A stretch of 52,344 nucleotides of DNA from an uncultured Planctomycetota bacterium (GCA_964506385.1 CAZDNN010000001.1:1-52344), one strand, 5' to 3'. Positions 1 through 9,776 are shown, counted from the stretch's first letter. A program made the numbers and translations. The notes: a model not told the origin generated them from the letters alone.

Positions 1-3000
1 CCACCGCCGTGCTCGTGGGCGCGCTCGTCGTCGGCGACTCGGTGCGCCACAGCCTCCGGACTTTCGCCCTCATGCGGCTGGGCCGCGTCCACGCCGCCAT
101 TGCGTCGGAGGATCGGTTCTTCCGCGCGCGGCTCGGCGAAGAGGTGGCGCGGCAACTGTCCGCCCCCGCGGCGGCAGCCCTGCAACTCCGCGGAGTCGCC
201 GTGCGAGGCGATGGGGAGGCCCGCGCCAACCAGGTGCACGTGCTCGGCGTGACGGCCGGCTTCTGGGAGCTGGGTGGCACGGAGGACCTGCTGGCCGGGG
301 GCGAGGAAGAGCAGGTGGTGCTCAACGAGCGCCTGGCGGGCCATCTGGGCGTCGGGGTGGGGGACGCAGTGCTCCTGCGGGTGGCGAAGCCGAGCCTCCT
401 GCCGCGCGACGCGCCGCTGTCGAGCGACGCCGACACGGCGGTTGCCTTCCGCCTGACCGTCAAGGGCGTGGCCTCGGACGAACAGTTCGGCCGCTTCAGC
501 CTGCGTGCGAGCCAGATTCCCCCCTACAACGCCTTCGTGCCACTGGGCTGGCTCCAGGAGCGAGTGGGGCTACCGGGCCGAGCGAACCTGCTGCTCGTGG
601 GCAAGGCCGTGAAGATGGAGCACCTGCGGGGCGCGCTCCGCTGGCAACTGGCCGATGCCGGGCTGGAGCTCCGACAGGTGAGGCTCCCCGAGTTGACACC
701 GATGGAGCGGCAGTTGCATGCCCTGCCGCCCACCGCCGCCTTCGAGTTGAGGTCGGAGCGCGTGTTCATCGATCCGCCGGTGGCGGAAGCGGCGATGCGG
801 GTGGCCCATGCGGAGGGTGTCCTGGCGTACTTCGTCAACGAGCTGCGCGTCGGGGACCGCACGACCCCGTATTCCATCGTCGCTGGAGGAGGGCTCCAAC
901 TGCGGCGCCACATCCAGTTGGGGGAGGACGACGTCCTCATCAACCAGTGGCTGGCCGACGACCTGGGGGCCAGGGCGGGTGACACGCTCGAGATGACCTA
1001 CTTCGTGCTCGGCCCGATGCGGTCGTTGAAGGAGCAGACCGCCAGCTTCCGCATCGTCGGCGTCGAGCCGATGGACAGGGTGGAGGCGTACCGCACGCTG
1101 ATGCCCGACTTCCCCGGCGTCGCCGAGGCCGAGAACTGCCGTGACTGGGAGCCCGGCATCCCGATCGACCTCGGCAGGATCCGCGACAAGGACGAGGCGT
1201 ACTGGGAGCGCTACCGCGGCACGCCCAAGGCATTCGTCACCCTCGCCGCGGCGCAGCGGATGTGGGGCAACCGCTTCGGGAATCTCACCGCCATCCGCTT
1301 CCCACTCGATGCGGGGACGAAGGAGAGGCTGGCCAAGGCCATCCGCGACGAGATCGATCCCGCGTCGGTGGGCCTCTTCTTCCGCCCAGTGCGGGAGGAG
1401 GCGCTGGCGGCGGGGGACCAGGCGCTGGACTTCGGCCAGCTCTTCCTGGGGCTGAGCTTCTTCCTCATTGTCGCCGCGCTGCTCCTGATGGGCCTGCTGT
1501 TTGCCTTCGGCATAGAGCAACGGGCCGCCGAGGTGGGCACGCTGCTGGCCGTGGGCTACCGGCCCCGTGACGCGCATCGGCTGCTGCTGCTGGAGGGTGG
1601 GGCGCTGGCCCTGGTCGGCGGTGCCGTCGGCGCGGTGCTGGGGACACTCTACACGGCGGTGATGCTCCGAGGGCTGGCGACGGTCTGGAGCGGCGCCGTG
1701 GGGGGAACGCCTGCCCTGATGCTCCACGCTGAGGGGACGACGCTGGCGATCGGGGCCGCATCGAGCATCCTGGTCGCGCTCGCCGCAATGTGGCTGGTGC
1801 TGCGCCGCCAGGCGCGGCGGCCGGCGCGGGAGCTGCTGGCCGGCGACGTCGGCGCGGGCCGGGCGGCCATCCGGCGCCGCGGCCGCGCGGCGCTTTGGGC
1901 GGGCCTGGTGGCGATCGTGCTCGCCGTGGGGCTGGTGGCGTGGGCAGGGGCGAGTCAGGATCGGCGTGCGGCGGGGGCCTTCTTCGGCGCCGGGGCGCTG
2001 CTCCTCATTGGGGGCCTGTGCCTGAGCCACGCGTTGCTCGGGCGGCTGGGACGTGCCGCGGCGTCGCGCCTGACGCTGGGCGGCCTGGGTGTGCGTAACG
2101 CGACTCGGCGGCGCGGCCGCAGCCTCGCGGTCGTCGGGCTGCTGGCGTGCGGCGCCTTCCTGGTCGTCTCGGTAGGCGCCAACCGCCGCGACCCGGCGGC
2201 CGATGCGGAGCGTCGCGACTCTGGCACGGGCGGCTTCGCGCTACTCGGCCAGTCGGCCCTGCCCATCCTGCGCGACCTCAACACCGACGGCGGCCGCGAT
2301 GCCTACAGTCTCGACGCCGACGCCCTGGCTGGCGCGAGCGTCGTCCACCTGCGCGTCCACGAGGGCGATGACGCGAGCTGCCTGAACCTCAATCGCGCTC
2401 AGGCACCGCGCCTGCTCGGCGTGCGGCCCGAGGAGTTGGCTTCCCGCCAAGCCTTCGCTTTCTCGCGCGTCATCCGCCGCAAGGCAGGGCAGAGCCCATG
2501 GCTGCTGCTCGGCAGCAACGAGGGGCCGGATGTCGTGCCGTGCATCGGCGACGAGGCCACGGTGGTGTGGGGCCTCGGCAAGAAGCTAGGCGACGTCATC
2601 CCGTCCACGGATGAGCGCGGCCGTCCGTTCCGGCTCCATCTCGTGGGCGTCATCACGAACTCGGTGCTCCAGGGCAGCCTGCTCATCTCCGAGGCCAGCT
2701 TCGAGAAGCGGTTCCCGTCGGAGGCGGGCTACCGCATGTTCCTGATCGACGCGCCGCGCGGGCGGCGTGAAGCGGTCGCGAAGGCGCTGTCGCGGGGACT
2801 CGAGGACGCGGGACTGGAGCTGGTGCCGACGGCGCGGCGGCTCGCCGATCTCAACGCCGTCCAGAACACCTACCTGTCGATCTTCCAGGCCCTGGGCGGC
2901 CTGGGATTGCTGCTGGGCAGTGCGGGGCTGGGGGTGGTGGTGCTGCGGAACGTGCTGGAGCGCCGGGCCGAGCTGGCTCTGCTGCGGGCCGTGGGCTTCC

Positions 3001-3248
3001 GCAAGGGGGCGCTGAGATGGCTGGTGCTCGCCGAGCACTGGGGGCTGGTGGTGCTGGGGCTGGGCTGCGGGGTGGTGGCCGCCCTGGTGGCTGTGGCGCC
3101 GGCCCTGCGTTCGCCCGGAGCGTCGATGCCGATGGTGTCGCTGCCGCTGACGCTGGCAGCGGTCCTGGCGAGCGGCCTGGTCTGGACGTGGCTCGCCGCG
3201 GCGTGGGCGCTGCGAAGCCCGCTGTTATCCGCGTTGCGGAATGAGTAG
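1..3248 (+). CDS. ABC-transporter permease of the FtsX/MacB type with two FtsX modules; 5' end lies outside the window
   Basis: The frame is open from the window edge to TAG 3246-3248. There are two FtsX-type signature regions (FGIEQRAAEVGTLLAVGYRPRD and VLERRAELALLRAVGFRKG). Each is followed by hydrophobic helices, and they are separated by large soluble domains. The first residues (VGALVVGDSVRHSLR) look like the end of TM1. Confidence 0.8.
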   Translation, partial: TAVLVGALVVGDSVRHSLRTFALMRLGRVHAAIASEDRFFRARLGEEVARQLSAPAAAALQLRGVAVRGDGEARANQVHVLGVTAGFWELGGTEDLLAGGEEEQVVLNERLAGHLGVGVGDAVLLRVAKPSLLPRDAPLSSDADTAVAFRLTVKGVASDEQFGRFSLRASQIPPYNAFVPLGWLQERVGLPGRANLLLVGKAVKMEHLRGALRWQLADAGLELRQVRLPELTPMERQLHALPPTAAFELRSERVFIDPPVAEAAMRVAHAEGVLAYFVNELRVGDRTTPYSIVAGGGLQLRRHIQLGEDDVLINQWLADDLGARAGDTLEMTYFVLGPMRSLKEQTASFRIVGVEPMDRVEAYRTLMPDFPGVAEAENCRDWEPGIPIDLGRIRDKDEAYWERYRGTPKAFVTLAAAQRMWGNRFGNLTAIRFPLDAGTKERLAKAIRDEIDPASVGLFFRPVREEALAAGDQALDFGQLFLGLSFFLIVAALLLMGLLFAFGIEQRAAEVGTLLAVGYRPRDAHRLLLLEGGALALVGGAVGAVLGTLYTAVMLRGLATVWSGAVGGTPALMLHAEGTTLAIGAASSILVALAAMWLVLRRQARRPARELLAGDVGAGRAAIRRRGRAALWAGLVAIVLAVGLVAWAGASQDRRAAGAFFGAGALLLIGGLCLSHALLGRLGRAAASRLTLGGLGVRNATRRRGRSLAVVGLLACGAFLVVSVGANRRDPAADAERRDSGTGGFALLGQSALPILRDLNTDGGRDAYSLDADALAGASVVHLRVHEGDDASCLNLNRAQAPRLLGVRPEELASRQAFAFSRVIRRKAGQSPWLLLGSNEGPDVVPCIGDEATVVWGLGKKLGDVIPSTDERGRPFRLHLVGVITNSVLQGSLLISEASFEKRFPSEAGYRMFLIDAPRGRREAVAKALSRGLEDAGLELVPTARRLADLNAVQNTYLSIFQALGGLGLLLGSAGLGVVVLRNVLERRAELALLRAVGFRKGALRWLVLAEHWGLVVLGLGCGVVAALVAVAPALRSPGASMPMVSLPLTLAAVLASGLVWTWLAAAWALRSPLLSALRNE

Positions 3249-3260
3249 AATAGAGGGACA

Positions 3261-3291
3261 GGGCGGTGGGGACGCGCACTCCTCACCGCCC
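3261..3291 (+). terminator. Stem-loop directly after the permease gene (possible terminator, no U-tract)
   Basis: Arms GGGCGGTGGGGA (3261-3272) and TCCTCACCGCCC (3280-3291) pair at 11 of 12 positions, with a 7-nt loop. Confidence 0.3.
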
Positions 3292-3340
3292 TGCGCGGCC
3301 TGAGGCCCTGGGGAATCCCCGGCCCGCATTCGGGATCGTG

Positions 3341-4735
3341 ATGCAGTTCCTGCTCGGCAAGCTGATGCCCGCCGCGACGGCTCTGGCTGGTGCCTTCGCG
3401 CTGGTCCTGTGGCTCAAGGCAGGCCCGCCGGTGGACGTCGAGGAGCGCCTGCCCGGCCAGGACGGCGCGCCGGAGCAGCGCGCGCTGGCGCAAGGCCCCG
3501 TCCACCTCACCAGCCGGCTCATCCGCGGCGAGGGCAAGCCGGCCGACCTTCCTGGCGCCTGGCCGCGCTTCCGCGGGCCAAGGCTCGACAACATCGTCCA
3601 CAGCGAGACGACCCTCGCCCGCGAGTGGCCCAAGGGCGGTCCGCCGAAGCTCTGGACCCTCGAGATGGCCGAGGGCTACGCCGCCGCCGCAGTCTGGAAG
3701 GGCCGGGTCTTCGTCCACGACTACGATCGCGAGGCGAGCCAGGAGGCCATCCGCTGCCTCTCCCTGGCCGACGGCGCGGAGATATGGCGGTTCGTCTACT
3801 CGCTGAAGATCAAGATGAACCACGGCATCACCCGCACGATGCCCGCCGTCACGGAGAAGCATCTGGTCGCCCTCGGCCCGCTGTGCCACGTCACCTGCCT
3901 CGATCCCGCGAGCGGCGCGAAGCGGTGGATGATCGACCTGGTGCGCGAGCACGGGGCGACCGTGCCGCCGTGGTATGCCGGCCAGTGCCCCCTCATCGAC
4001 GGCGAGCGGGCCATCCTCGCCCCCGGCGGCCCAGAGGCGCTGCTCATGGCTGTCGAGTGCGCCACGGGCAAGATCCTCTGGAAGACGCCGAACCCCGATG
4101 AGTGGCGGATGACCCACTCGTCGATCGTGCCCGTGACGCTCGCGGGCAGGCGGATGTACGTCTACTGCGCCCATCGCGGGGTGGTCGGCGTGTCGGCCGA
4201 CGACGGGCGGCTGCTGTGGAGGACGCCCGAGTGGCGGATCAGCATCGCCACCATCCCCTCGCCCGTGCCGCTGCCCGGGGACCGGCTGTTCCTGACGGGC
4301 GGCTACAACGCGGGCAGCCTCATCCTCCAGCTCAAGGCGCAGGGCGACGGCGTCGGCGTCGAGGTCGTGAAGCGGCTCCCGCCCAAGGTCTTCGACTCCG
4401 AGCAGCACACGCCGATCCTCTACGAGGGGCATCTCTACGCCGTCCGCAGCGACGGGCGGCTGGCGTGCGCCGACCTCGAGGGAAACCCGCTGTGGGACAG
4501 CGGGCCAGACAAGTTCGGCCTAGGGCCCTATCTCATCGCCAACGGCCTGATCTTCGTGATGGACGACGACGCGCGGATGGTGCTGGCCGAGGCCACGCCC
4601 GGAGGCTACCGCAAGCTGGCCGACGCCAGGATACTCGACGGCCACGACGCCTGGGGCCCCATGACCCTCGTCGAAGGCCGCCTCATCGTCCGCGACATGA
4701 CGCGCATGGTCTGCCTCGACGTCCGCGCCCGCTGA
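3341..4735 (+). CDS. PQQ-like (BamB-like) beta-propeller repeat protein 1, N-terminal membrane anchor or signal
   Basis: ORF 3266-4735. Start moved to ATG 3341 (MQFLLGKLMPAATALAGAFALVLWL, a hydrophobic segment). AWPRFRGP motif followed by repeated blade-like segments (G.VFV.D, LVALG, GRLLW..). Confidence 0.8.
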   Translation: MQFLLGKLMPAATALAGAFALVLWLKAGPPVDVEERLPGQDGAPEQRALAQGPVHLTSRLIRGEGKPADLPGAWPRFRGPRLDNIVHSETTLAREWPKGGPPKLWTLEMAEGYAAAAVWKGRVFVHDYDREASQEAIRCLSLADGAEIWRFVYSLKIKMNHGITRTMPAVTEKHLVALGPLCHVTCLDPASGAKRWMIDLVREHGATVPPWYAGQCPLIDGERAILAPGGPEALLMAVECATGKILWKTPNPDEWRMTHSSIVPVTLAGRRMYVYCAHRGVVGVSADDGRLLWRTPEWRISIATIPSPVPLPGDRLFLTGGYNAGSLILQLKAQGDGVGVEVVKRLPPKVFDSEQHTPILYEGHLYAVRSDGRLACADLEGNPLWDSGPDKFGLGPYLIANGLIFVMDDDARMVLAEATPGGYRKLADARILDGHDAWGPMTLVEGRLIVRDMTRMVCLDVRAR

Positions 4736-4752
4736 GGTCAGCGCGCGCGACT

Positions 4753-4773
4753 CCCTCTCCCGCCGGGAGAGGG
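4753..4773 (+). terminator. 9-bp stem / 3-nt loop hairpin after propeller 1 (REP-like or terminator)
   Basis: CCCTCTCCC-GCC-GGGAGAGGG is perfectly complementary. No U-tract follows. Confidence 0.25.
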
Positions 4774-4851
4774 CAGGGATGAGGGGCGCGGCGGCCAGTT
4801 GCCGCTCGAGGTGGGGCGGCGAGTTCGAGCAGGAGCACGAGCGAGAGCCTG

Positions 4852-5874
4852 ATGACCGACCAGCAGACCGAAACCCGGAAAGCCCTGTGGATCGTCCTCG
4901 GCGTAGTGGGGCTGTGCGTCCTGGCGGCGCTGCTCCTGGCCGTAGCCGGCGCGGTGGTGTACTTCATGCTGGCGGCGAAGGTCGCGGACGACAAGCCGAG
5001 CGGCCTGAGCCCCGAGTTCGACTACGCAGTCGAGGCGCTCCAGCCGGTGGACCCCGAGCTGATTGGCTACCTGGAGACAGGGTCCATCGCGGTCTCGCTG
5101 CGCGAGCCCCGCGGGATCGCGATCGGCCCGGGCGACAGCCTCTACGTCGCGGGCGACGAGACGATCCTCGTCCGCGGCAGCAAGGCGCAGGAGATCAAGC
5201 TGGCGGCACCGCCGCGGGCCATTGCCGTGGACGCCGACGGCACGATCTACGTGGCGATGAAGGACCACGTGGAGGTCTACTCGCCCGCGGGCGAGAAGAG
5301 GGCCGCCTGGCAGCGGCTGGCGGGCAAGGCCCTGCTTACGTCCATCGCGGTGGGCGAGCCTGGGGTGTTCGTCGCCGATGCGGGGAACCGCGAGGTCGTG
5401 CAGTACGACAGGGCCGGGAAGGCCCTTCGCCGCTTCGCCCGCAAGGACCCCGAGCGCGGCATCCCTGGGCTGATCGTGCCGAGCCCTTACCTCGACGTGG
5501 CCATTGGCCGCGACGGCCTCCTGCGGGTGGCGAACCCTGGGCGCCGCCGCGTCGAGACCTACACGATGGACGGCAGCCTCGAGCTGTCGTGGGGCAGGGC
5601 GGGCGTCGCTATCGACGCGTTCGGCGGATGCTGCAACCCGAGCCACCTCGCCGTGTTTCCTGACGGGCGGGTGGTCACCAGCGAGAAGGGCACGGTGCGG
5701 GTGAAGGTCTACGACGCGCAGGGCGTCCTGCTCACGGTTGTCGCAGCGGCGCCAGAGTCGTTCGATCAGGACGCCGTGGGTCTGGACCTGGCGGTGGACT
5801 CCCGGGGGCGTGTGTTCGTGCTCGACCCCGGCCGGAAGGTGGTACGCATCTTCTCGCGGAAGGAGGCGCAGTGA
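4852..5874 (+). CDS. NHL-repeat six-bladed beta-propeller protein with N-terminal transmembrane anchor
   Basis: N-terminal helix ALWIVLGVVGLCVLAALLLAVAGAVVYFML. Six NHL-like repeats (GIAIGPGDSLYVAGDE, AIAVDADGTIYVAMKD, SIAVGEPGVFVADAGNREVVQYD, DVAIGRDGLLRVANPGRRRVETY, HLAVFPDGRVVTSEKGTVRVKVYD, DLAVDSRGRVFVLDPGRKVVRIF). Confidence 0.8.
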   Translation: MTDQQTETRKALWIVLGVVGLCVLAALLLAVAGAVVYFMLAAKVADDKPSGLSPEFDYAVEALQPVDPELIGYLETGSIAVSLREPRGIAIGPGDSLYVAGDETILVRGSKAQEIKLAAPPRAIAVDADGTIYVAMKDHVEVYSPAGEKRAAWQRLAGKALLTSIAVGEPGVFVADAGNREVVQYDRAGKALRRFARKDPERGIPGLIVPSPYLDVAIGRDGLLRVANPGRRRVETYTMDGSLELSWGRAGVAIDAFGGCCNPSHLAVFPDGRVVTSEKGTVRVKVYDAQGVLLTVVAAAPESFDQDAVGLDLAVDSRGRVFVLDPGRKVVRIFSRKEAQ

Positions 5875-6095
5875 GCCGGCACCACGATAGGGGTGAAAGC
5901 CGCCGCGAGGCCGTGCGGGGCCTGCTCCGCTGGCTGGCCGCCGGCGCGCTCGCGCTGCTCGGCGGGTGGCTGGCGCTGCGGCGCCGCTCGGGCGACGGGT
6001 GCGCCGTGCGCCCCGCGTGCCGAGGCTGCTCGCGGCTGGAGGCGTGCGCCCTGCCGCAGGCCGAGAGCGCCCGACGGGCGGAGGCGAAGGGGTAG
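5871..6095 (+). CDS. Small (74 aa) single-TM protein with RR motif and C-x6-C-x2-C-x5-C tail
   Basis: GTG 5871 is preceded by AGGAGG (5861-5866) and overlaps the NHL stop (GTGA). The ORF ends 3 nt before the next ATG. Sequence ESRREAVRGLLRWLAAGALALLGGWLAL then GCAVRPACRGCSRLEAC. Confidence 0.5.
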   Translation: MSRHHDRGESRREAVRGLLRWLAAGALALLGGWLALRRRSGDGCAVRPACRGCSRLEACALPQAESARRAEAKG

Positions 6096-6098
6096 ACG

Positions 6099-6692
6099 AT
6101 GGCGGACGAGGACAAGACGGTGGATCGCCGCGAGGTCCTCCGCAGCGGCGTGCGCGGCGTCTGCCTGCTCGGTCTGGGCGGCGCCGCCGGCTTCCTGGCG
6201 ACCCGCAGCCGGGGGGACGACCTGGTCTGGCAGCTCGACCCCGAGGTCTGCATCCAGTGTGGGAATTGCGCCACCTACTGCGTGCTCAACCCCTCGGCGG
6301 TCAAGTGCGTTCAGTACTATCCGATGTGCGGGTACTGCGATCTATGCACAGGCTACTTCGAGGCCGAGCCGAACGACCTCAATACCGGCGCCGAGAATCA
6401 GCTCTGCCCTGTCGCTGCCATCAAGCGCACGTTCATCGAGGAGCCCTTCTTCAAGTACGACATCATCGAGGAGCTGTGCATCGGCTGCGGGAAATGCGTC
6501 GAGGGCTGTCGCGCCTTCGGCAACGGCTCGTTCTATCTCCAGGTGCGCCACGACCGCTGCCTGAACTGCAACGAGTGCTCCATCGCGGCCGCGTGCCCCT
6601 CTCAAGCGTTCCGCCGCGTCCCTGCTGCGCGGCCCTACATCCATCCCAAGGGACATCCCGATCGCCGAGCCGAGGACGACCGGCAGACGTGA
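6099..6692 (+). CDS. Tat-signal periplasmic poly-[4Fe-4S] ferredoxin (NapG/MauM-like)
   Basis: Twin-arginine leader (DRREVLRSGVRGVCLLGLGGAAGFLA). Cys motifs CIQCGNCATYC, CGYCDLC, CIGCGKCVEGC, CLNCNECSIAAACP. Confidence 0.8.
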   Translation: MADEDKTVDRREVLRSGVRGVCLLGLGGAAGFLATRSRGDDLVWQLDPEVCIQCGNCATYCVLNPSAVKCVQYYPMCGYCDLCTGYFEAEPNDLNTGAENQLCPVAAIKRTFIEEPFFKYDIIEELCIGCGKCVEGCRAFGNGSFYLQVRHDRCLNCNECSIAAACPSQAFRRVPAARPYIHPKGHPDRRAEDDRQT

Positions 6693-7978
6693 GACCGCGC
6701 GCCCACATCCTGATCGCCCTCGTGCTGCTCGTGATGATCGGCGGCGCGGCCCTGGGCGTCGAGCGCTTCCCGCCGCCCGATTTCGAGTCAGGGCACACCT
6801 TCCCCGCGACTCAGTATCCTGCCCCGCGGTCCGTTGTCCTCGAGTACCTGGACGTGGCGGTGCTGTTTGTGGCGCTGGTGCTGGCGTCGTTCTATGCCCT
6901 GAAGGTGCGGTCGCGGCGGTGGCTTTTCGTCCTGATGCTGGCGTCGCTGGCGTACTTCGGCTTCTGGCGGAAGGGCTGTGTGTGCTCGGTGGGGGCCGTG
7001 CAGAACGTGGCGCTTGGGGTCTTCAACTCGGGCTACGCCGTGCCGCTGACGGTGCTGGCCTTCTTCCTGCTGCCGCTGGCCTTCACGCTGCTTTTCGGGC
7101 GGACCTTCTGCGCCGCGGTGTGTCCGCTGGGGGCGATGCAGGATTTCGTGCTGGTTCGGCCGGTGCGGGTGCCGTGGTGGCTGGAGCAGGGGCTGCGGGT
7201 GCTGCCCGTCGTCTACCTGGCGCTGGCCGTCGTGCTGGCGGGGACGGGCAGCGCGTTCGTCATTTGCGACTACGACCCGTTCGTCGCCTTCTTCCGGCGG
7301 AGCGGGAACGCTTCGATGCTGATCTTCAGCGGCTGCATCCTGGCCATCGGGGTGTTCGTGGGACGCCCCTACTGCCGTTTCCTGTGCCCGTACGGGGTGC
7401 TGCTCGGGTGGCTGTCGCGTGTTTCGAGGTGGCGGGTGCGGATCACGCCGGACGAGTGCATCCAGTGCCGGCTGTGCGAGGACGCCTGTCCCTTCGGCGC
7501 GATTCGTGCGCCCGACGAGGCGCCGGCGCCGAGCGAGGTGGCGGCGGGTCGGCGGCGGGTCGGCTGGCAGCTCATGGCCGTGCCGGTGCTGGTGGTTGTG
7601 GGCGCCATGGTGTTCGGGGTGTTCCGGTTCTCGCTGGCCCGGATGCATCCTCAGGTGCGATTGGCCGAGCGGGTGTGGCAGGAGGAGAAGGGGGAGGTCG
7701 AGGGCCGGACCGACGCGAGCAAGGCGTTCCGCAGGACGGGCCAGCCGGTCGAGGAGCTGTATGCGGAGGCCCGTGCCATCCGCGCTGACGTGGGGCGTTT
7801 CGGGTGGGGTGTGGGTGCGCTGGTGGGGCTGGTCGTCGGGCTGCGGGTGCTCGGCCTGACGGTTCGCCGTCGGCAGACGGACTACGAGGCGGACCGCAGC
7901 GAGTGCCTGGCCTGCGGGCGCTGTTTCGAGTACTGCCCGAACGAGAAGCGACGACGGAAGGCGATCGAGGATGCCTGA
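6689..7978 (+). CDS. Integral-membrane polyferredoxin of the NapH/MauN type
   Basis: GTG 6689 overlaps the ferredoxin stop (GTGA). The upstream part of ORF 5966-7978 is out-of-frame overlap with two other genes. Several TM helices. Two CxxxCP motifs (FCAAVCPLG, YCRFLCPYG). Two 4Fe-4S motifs (CIQCRLCEDACP, CLACGRCFEYCP) separated by two further hydrophobic helices. Confidence 0.8.
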   Translation: MRPRAHILIALVLLVMIGGAALGVERFPPPDFESGHTFPATQYPAPRSVVLEYLDVAVLFVALVLASFYALKVRSRRWLFVLMLASLAYFGFWRKGCVCSVGAVQNVALGVFNSGYAVPLTVLAFFLLPLAFTLLFGRTFCAAVCPLGAMQDFVLVRPVRVPWWLEQGLRVLPVVYLALAVVLAGTGSAFVICDYDPFVAFFRRSGNASMLIFSGCILAIGVFVGRPYCRFLCPYGVLLGWLSRVSRWRVRITPDECIQCRLCEDACPFGAIRAPDEAPAPSEVAAGRRRVGWQLMAVPVLVVVGAMVFGVFRFSLARMHPQVRLAERVWQEEKGEVEGRTDASKAFRRTGQPVEELYAEARAIRADVGRFGWGVGALVGLVVGLRVLGLTVRRRQTDYEADRSECLACGRCFEYCPNEKRRRKAIEDA

Positions 7979-9776
7979 CGCCGCCGACAACGCGTGTGCC
8001 GAGAGCCGCGGTCTGTCCGACGCCGCCTTCCGCGGCGCCGTGGCGACCGCGGCGGTGGCAGGCCTCTTCGTCCTGATCGTCGCCGGCCTGCTGCTGTGGA
8101 ACCACGCTCGGACGGTGGCTCTCGACCCCCGCGACCCCGTGCGGATCGTCACGCTGAAGACGCAGCTCCGGGAGCGTCCGAAGGACGAGGCGCTGAAGAC
8201 CGGCATCCGCGCCGCCGACGCGGCGCTGCGGCGGGAGTTCTTCGCCCGCCAGGCATTCGCCGAGCGGGGCGCGTGGCTGCTGGCTATCGGACTGATCGTG
8301 TTCCTGGCCTCGGCCAAGAGCGCGTCCGATCTCCGCAAGAAGCCGCCCATGCCGACCGGCGCTCCGCCGCACCGCGACGAGCGCTCCAAGGCTGCTGCCT
8401 GGGCGCGGCATGCCGTGGCGGCGGTCGCCACCGTCACGGCGTTCGCCTTCGCCGTCCTTGCGTGGAGTTCGCTCCACACGCTGCCGAGGACTGCGCTCGC
8501 CGCAAAGCCGGCCACCAGCATCCCCGGCGACAGCGGGACCCCCGAGGGGATTGGGACGCCGGGCGTTGCGCTCACCGGCTATCCGTCGCCCGAGGAAATG
8601 GCGGCGCAATGGCCTCGCTTCCGCGGCCCTGGGGGCCTGGGCATCGCCACTTACACGAATGCCCCGATGGCGTGGAACGGCAAGACAGGCGAGGGCGTGG
8701 TCTGGAAGACCCCCGTGCCGCTCACCGCGCCCAACTCGCCGGTGGTCTGGGGTGACCGCATCTTCCTGTCGGCCGCGAAGAAGGACCGCCGCGAGGTCTA
8801 TTGCTTCGGCCTCAACGACGGCAAGCTGCTGTGGACGGGCGAGGTCGAGGGCGTGCCCGGCAGCCCGGCCAAGCCGCCCGAGGTGATGGAAGCCACAGGC
8901 TACGCCGCCTCCACCGTGGCGACCGACGGGAGGCGGGTCTTCGCCATCTTCGCCAACGGCGATCTCGCGGCCTTCGACTTCGGCGGCAGGCGCATCTGGG
9001 CGAAGAACCTGGGGAAGCCGGACAACAGCTACGGCCACGCCTCCTCCCTGCTCACCTGGCGCGACCGCCTCATCGTCCTGATGGACCAGGGGATGGAGGA
9101 CGACGACAAGTCGAAGCTCTACGCCTTCGACACCGCCACGGGCGATCAGGTGTGGGCCACCGTCCGCGAGGTCGGCCCAACGTGGGCCACCCCCATCGCG
9201 ATCGAGGCGGGCGGGCGCCAGCAGATCGTAACCGTGGCCGTGCCCTGGCTCATCGCCTACGCCGCCGAGACAGGCAAGGAGCTGTGGTCTGCCGATATCA
9301 TGGATGGCGAGATCGCCCCGTCGCCCGTCTTCGCCAACGGCTGCGTCTTCGTCGCCCAGGCATACGCCTACGCCGCAGCCGTCCGCGCGGATGGGACGGG
9401 TGACGTGACGAAGACCCACGTCGTCTGGAAGGCCGAGGACGGCCTGCCCGACACGTGCAGCCCCGTGACCAACGGCGAGCTGCTCTTCCTGTGCACCGCC
9501 GACGGCCTGATCACCTGCTACGACGCCAAGACGGGCGAGAAGGCCTGGGAGCACGAGACGAAGCCGCTGATGCACTTCCTGGCCTCGCCCACCGTGGTCG
9601 GCGACAGGGTCTACGTGATGAGCGACAAGGGCGTGACGATCGTCTTTGCGGCGGCCCGCGAGTGGAAGGAACTGGCTCGCTGCGAGCTCGGCGAGCACGC
9701 GGTGGCCAGCCCAGCGTTCCTCGACGGACGGATCATCTTCCGCGGCAGCAAGCACCTCTTCTGCATCGGGAAGTAA
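7971..9776 (+). CDS. PQQ-like beta-propeller repeat protein 2 with long N-terminal two-helix membrane region
   Basis: ATG 7971 overlaps the NapH-like stop by 8 nt. Hydrophobic helices VATAAVAGLFVLIVAGLLLW and AWLLAIGLIVFLASA, with a third near AVAAVATVTAFAFAVLAW. QWPRFRGP motif, then propeller blades. Confidence 0.8.
   Translation: MPDAADNACAESRGLSDAAFRGAVATAAVAGLFVLIVAGLLLWNHARTVALDPRDPVRIVTLKTQLRERPKDEALKTGIRAADAALRREFFARQAFAERGAWLLAIGLIVFLASAKSASDLRKKPPMPTGAPPHRDERSKAAAWARHAVAAVATVTAFAFAVLAWSSLHTLPRTALAAKPATSIPGDSGTPEGIGTPGVALTGYPSPEEMAAQWPRFRGPGGLGIATYTNAPMAWNGKTGEGVVWKTPVPLTAPNSPVVWGDRIFLSAAKKDRREVYCFGLNDGKLLWTGEVEGVPGSPAKPPEVMEATGYAASTVATDGRRVFAIFANGDLAAFDFGGRRIWAKNLGKPDNSYGHASSLLTWRDRLIVLMDQGMEDDDKSKLYAFDTATGDQVWATVREVGPTWATPIAIEAGGRQQIVTVAVPWLIAYAAETGKELWSADIMDGEIAPSPVFANGCVFVAQAYAYAAAVRADGTGDVTKTHVVWKAEDGLPDTCSPVTNGELLFLCTADGLITCYDAKTGEKAWEHETKPLMHFLASPTVVGDRVYVMSDKGVTIVFAAAREWKELARCELGEHAVASPAFLDGRIIFRGSKHLFCIGK

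Noticed and set aside
570-2030. 486-aa antisense ORF, and many other ORFs of 60-150 aa, inside the FtsX permease gene
   Set aside because: This is the typical high-GC antisense open frame. The composition is Arg/Pro/Ala/Gly-dominated with no motifs, and the sense frame has clear FtsX features.
5966-6688. N-terminal 241 codons of ORF 5966-7978
   Set aside because: They overlap the microprotein and the Tat ferredoxin in other frames. A GTG at 6689 overlapping the ferredoxin stop gives a protein that starts directly with the first TM helix of the NapH-like fold.
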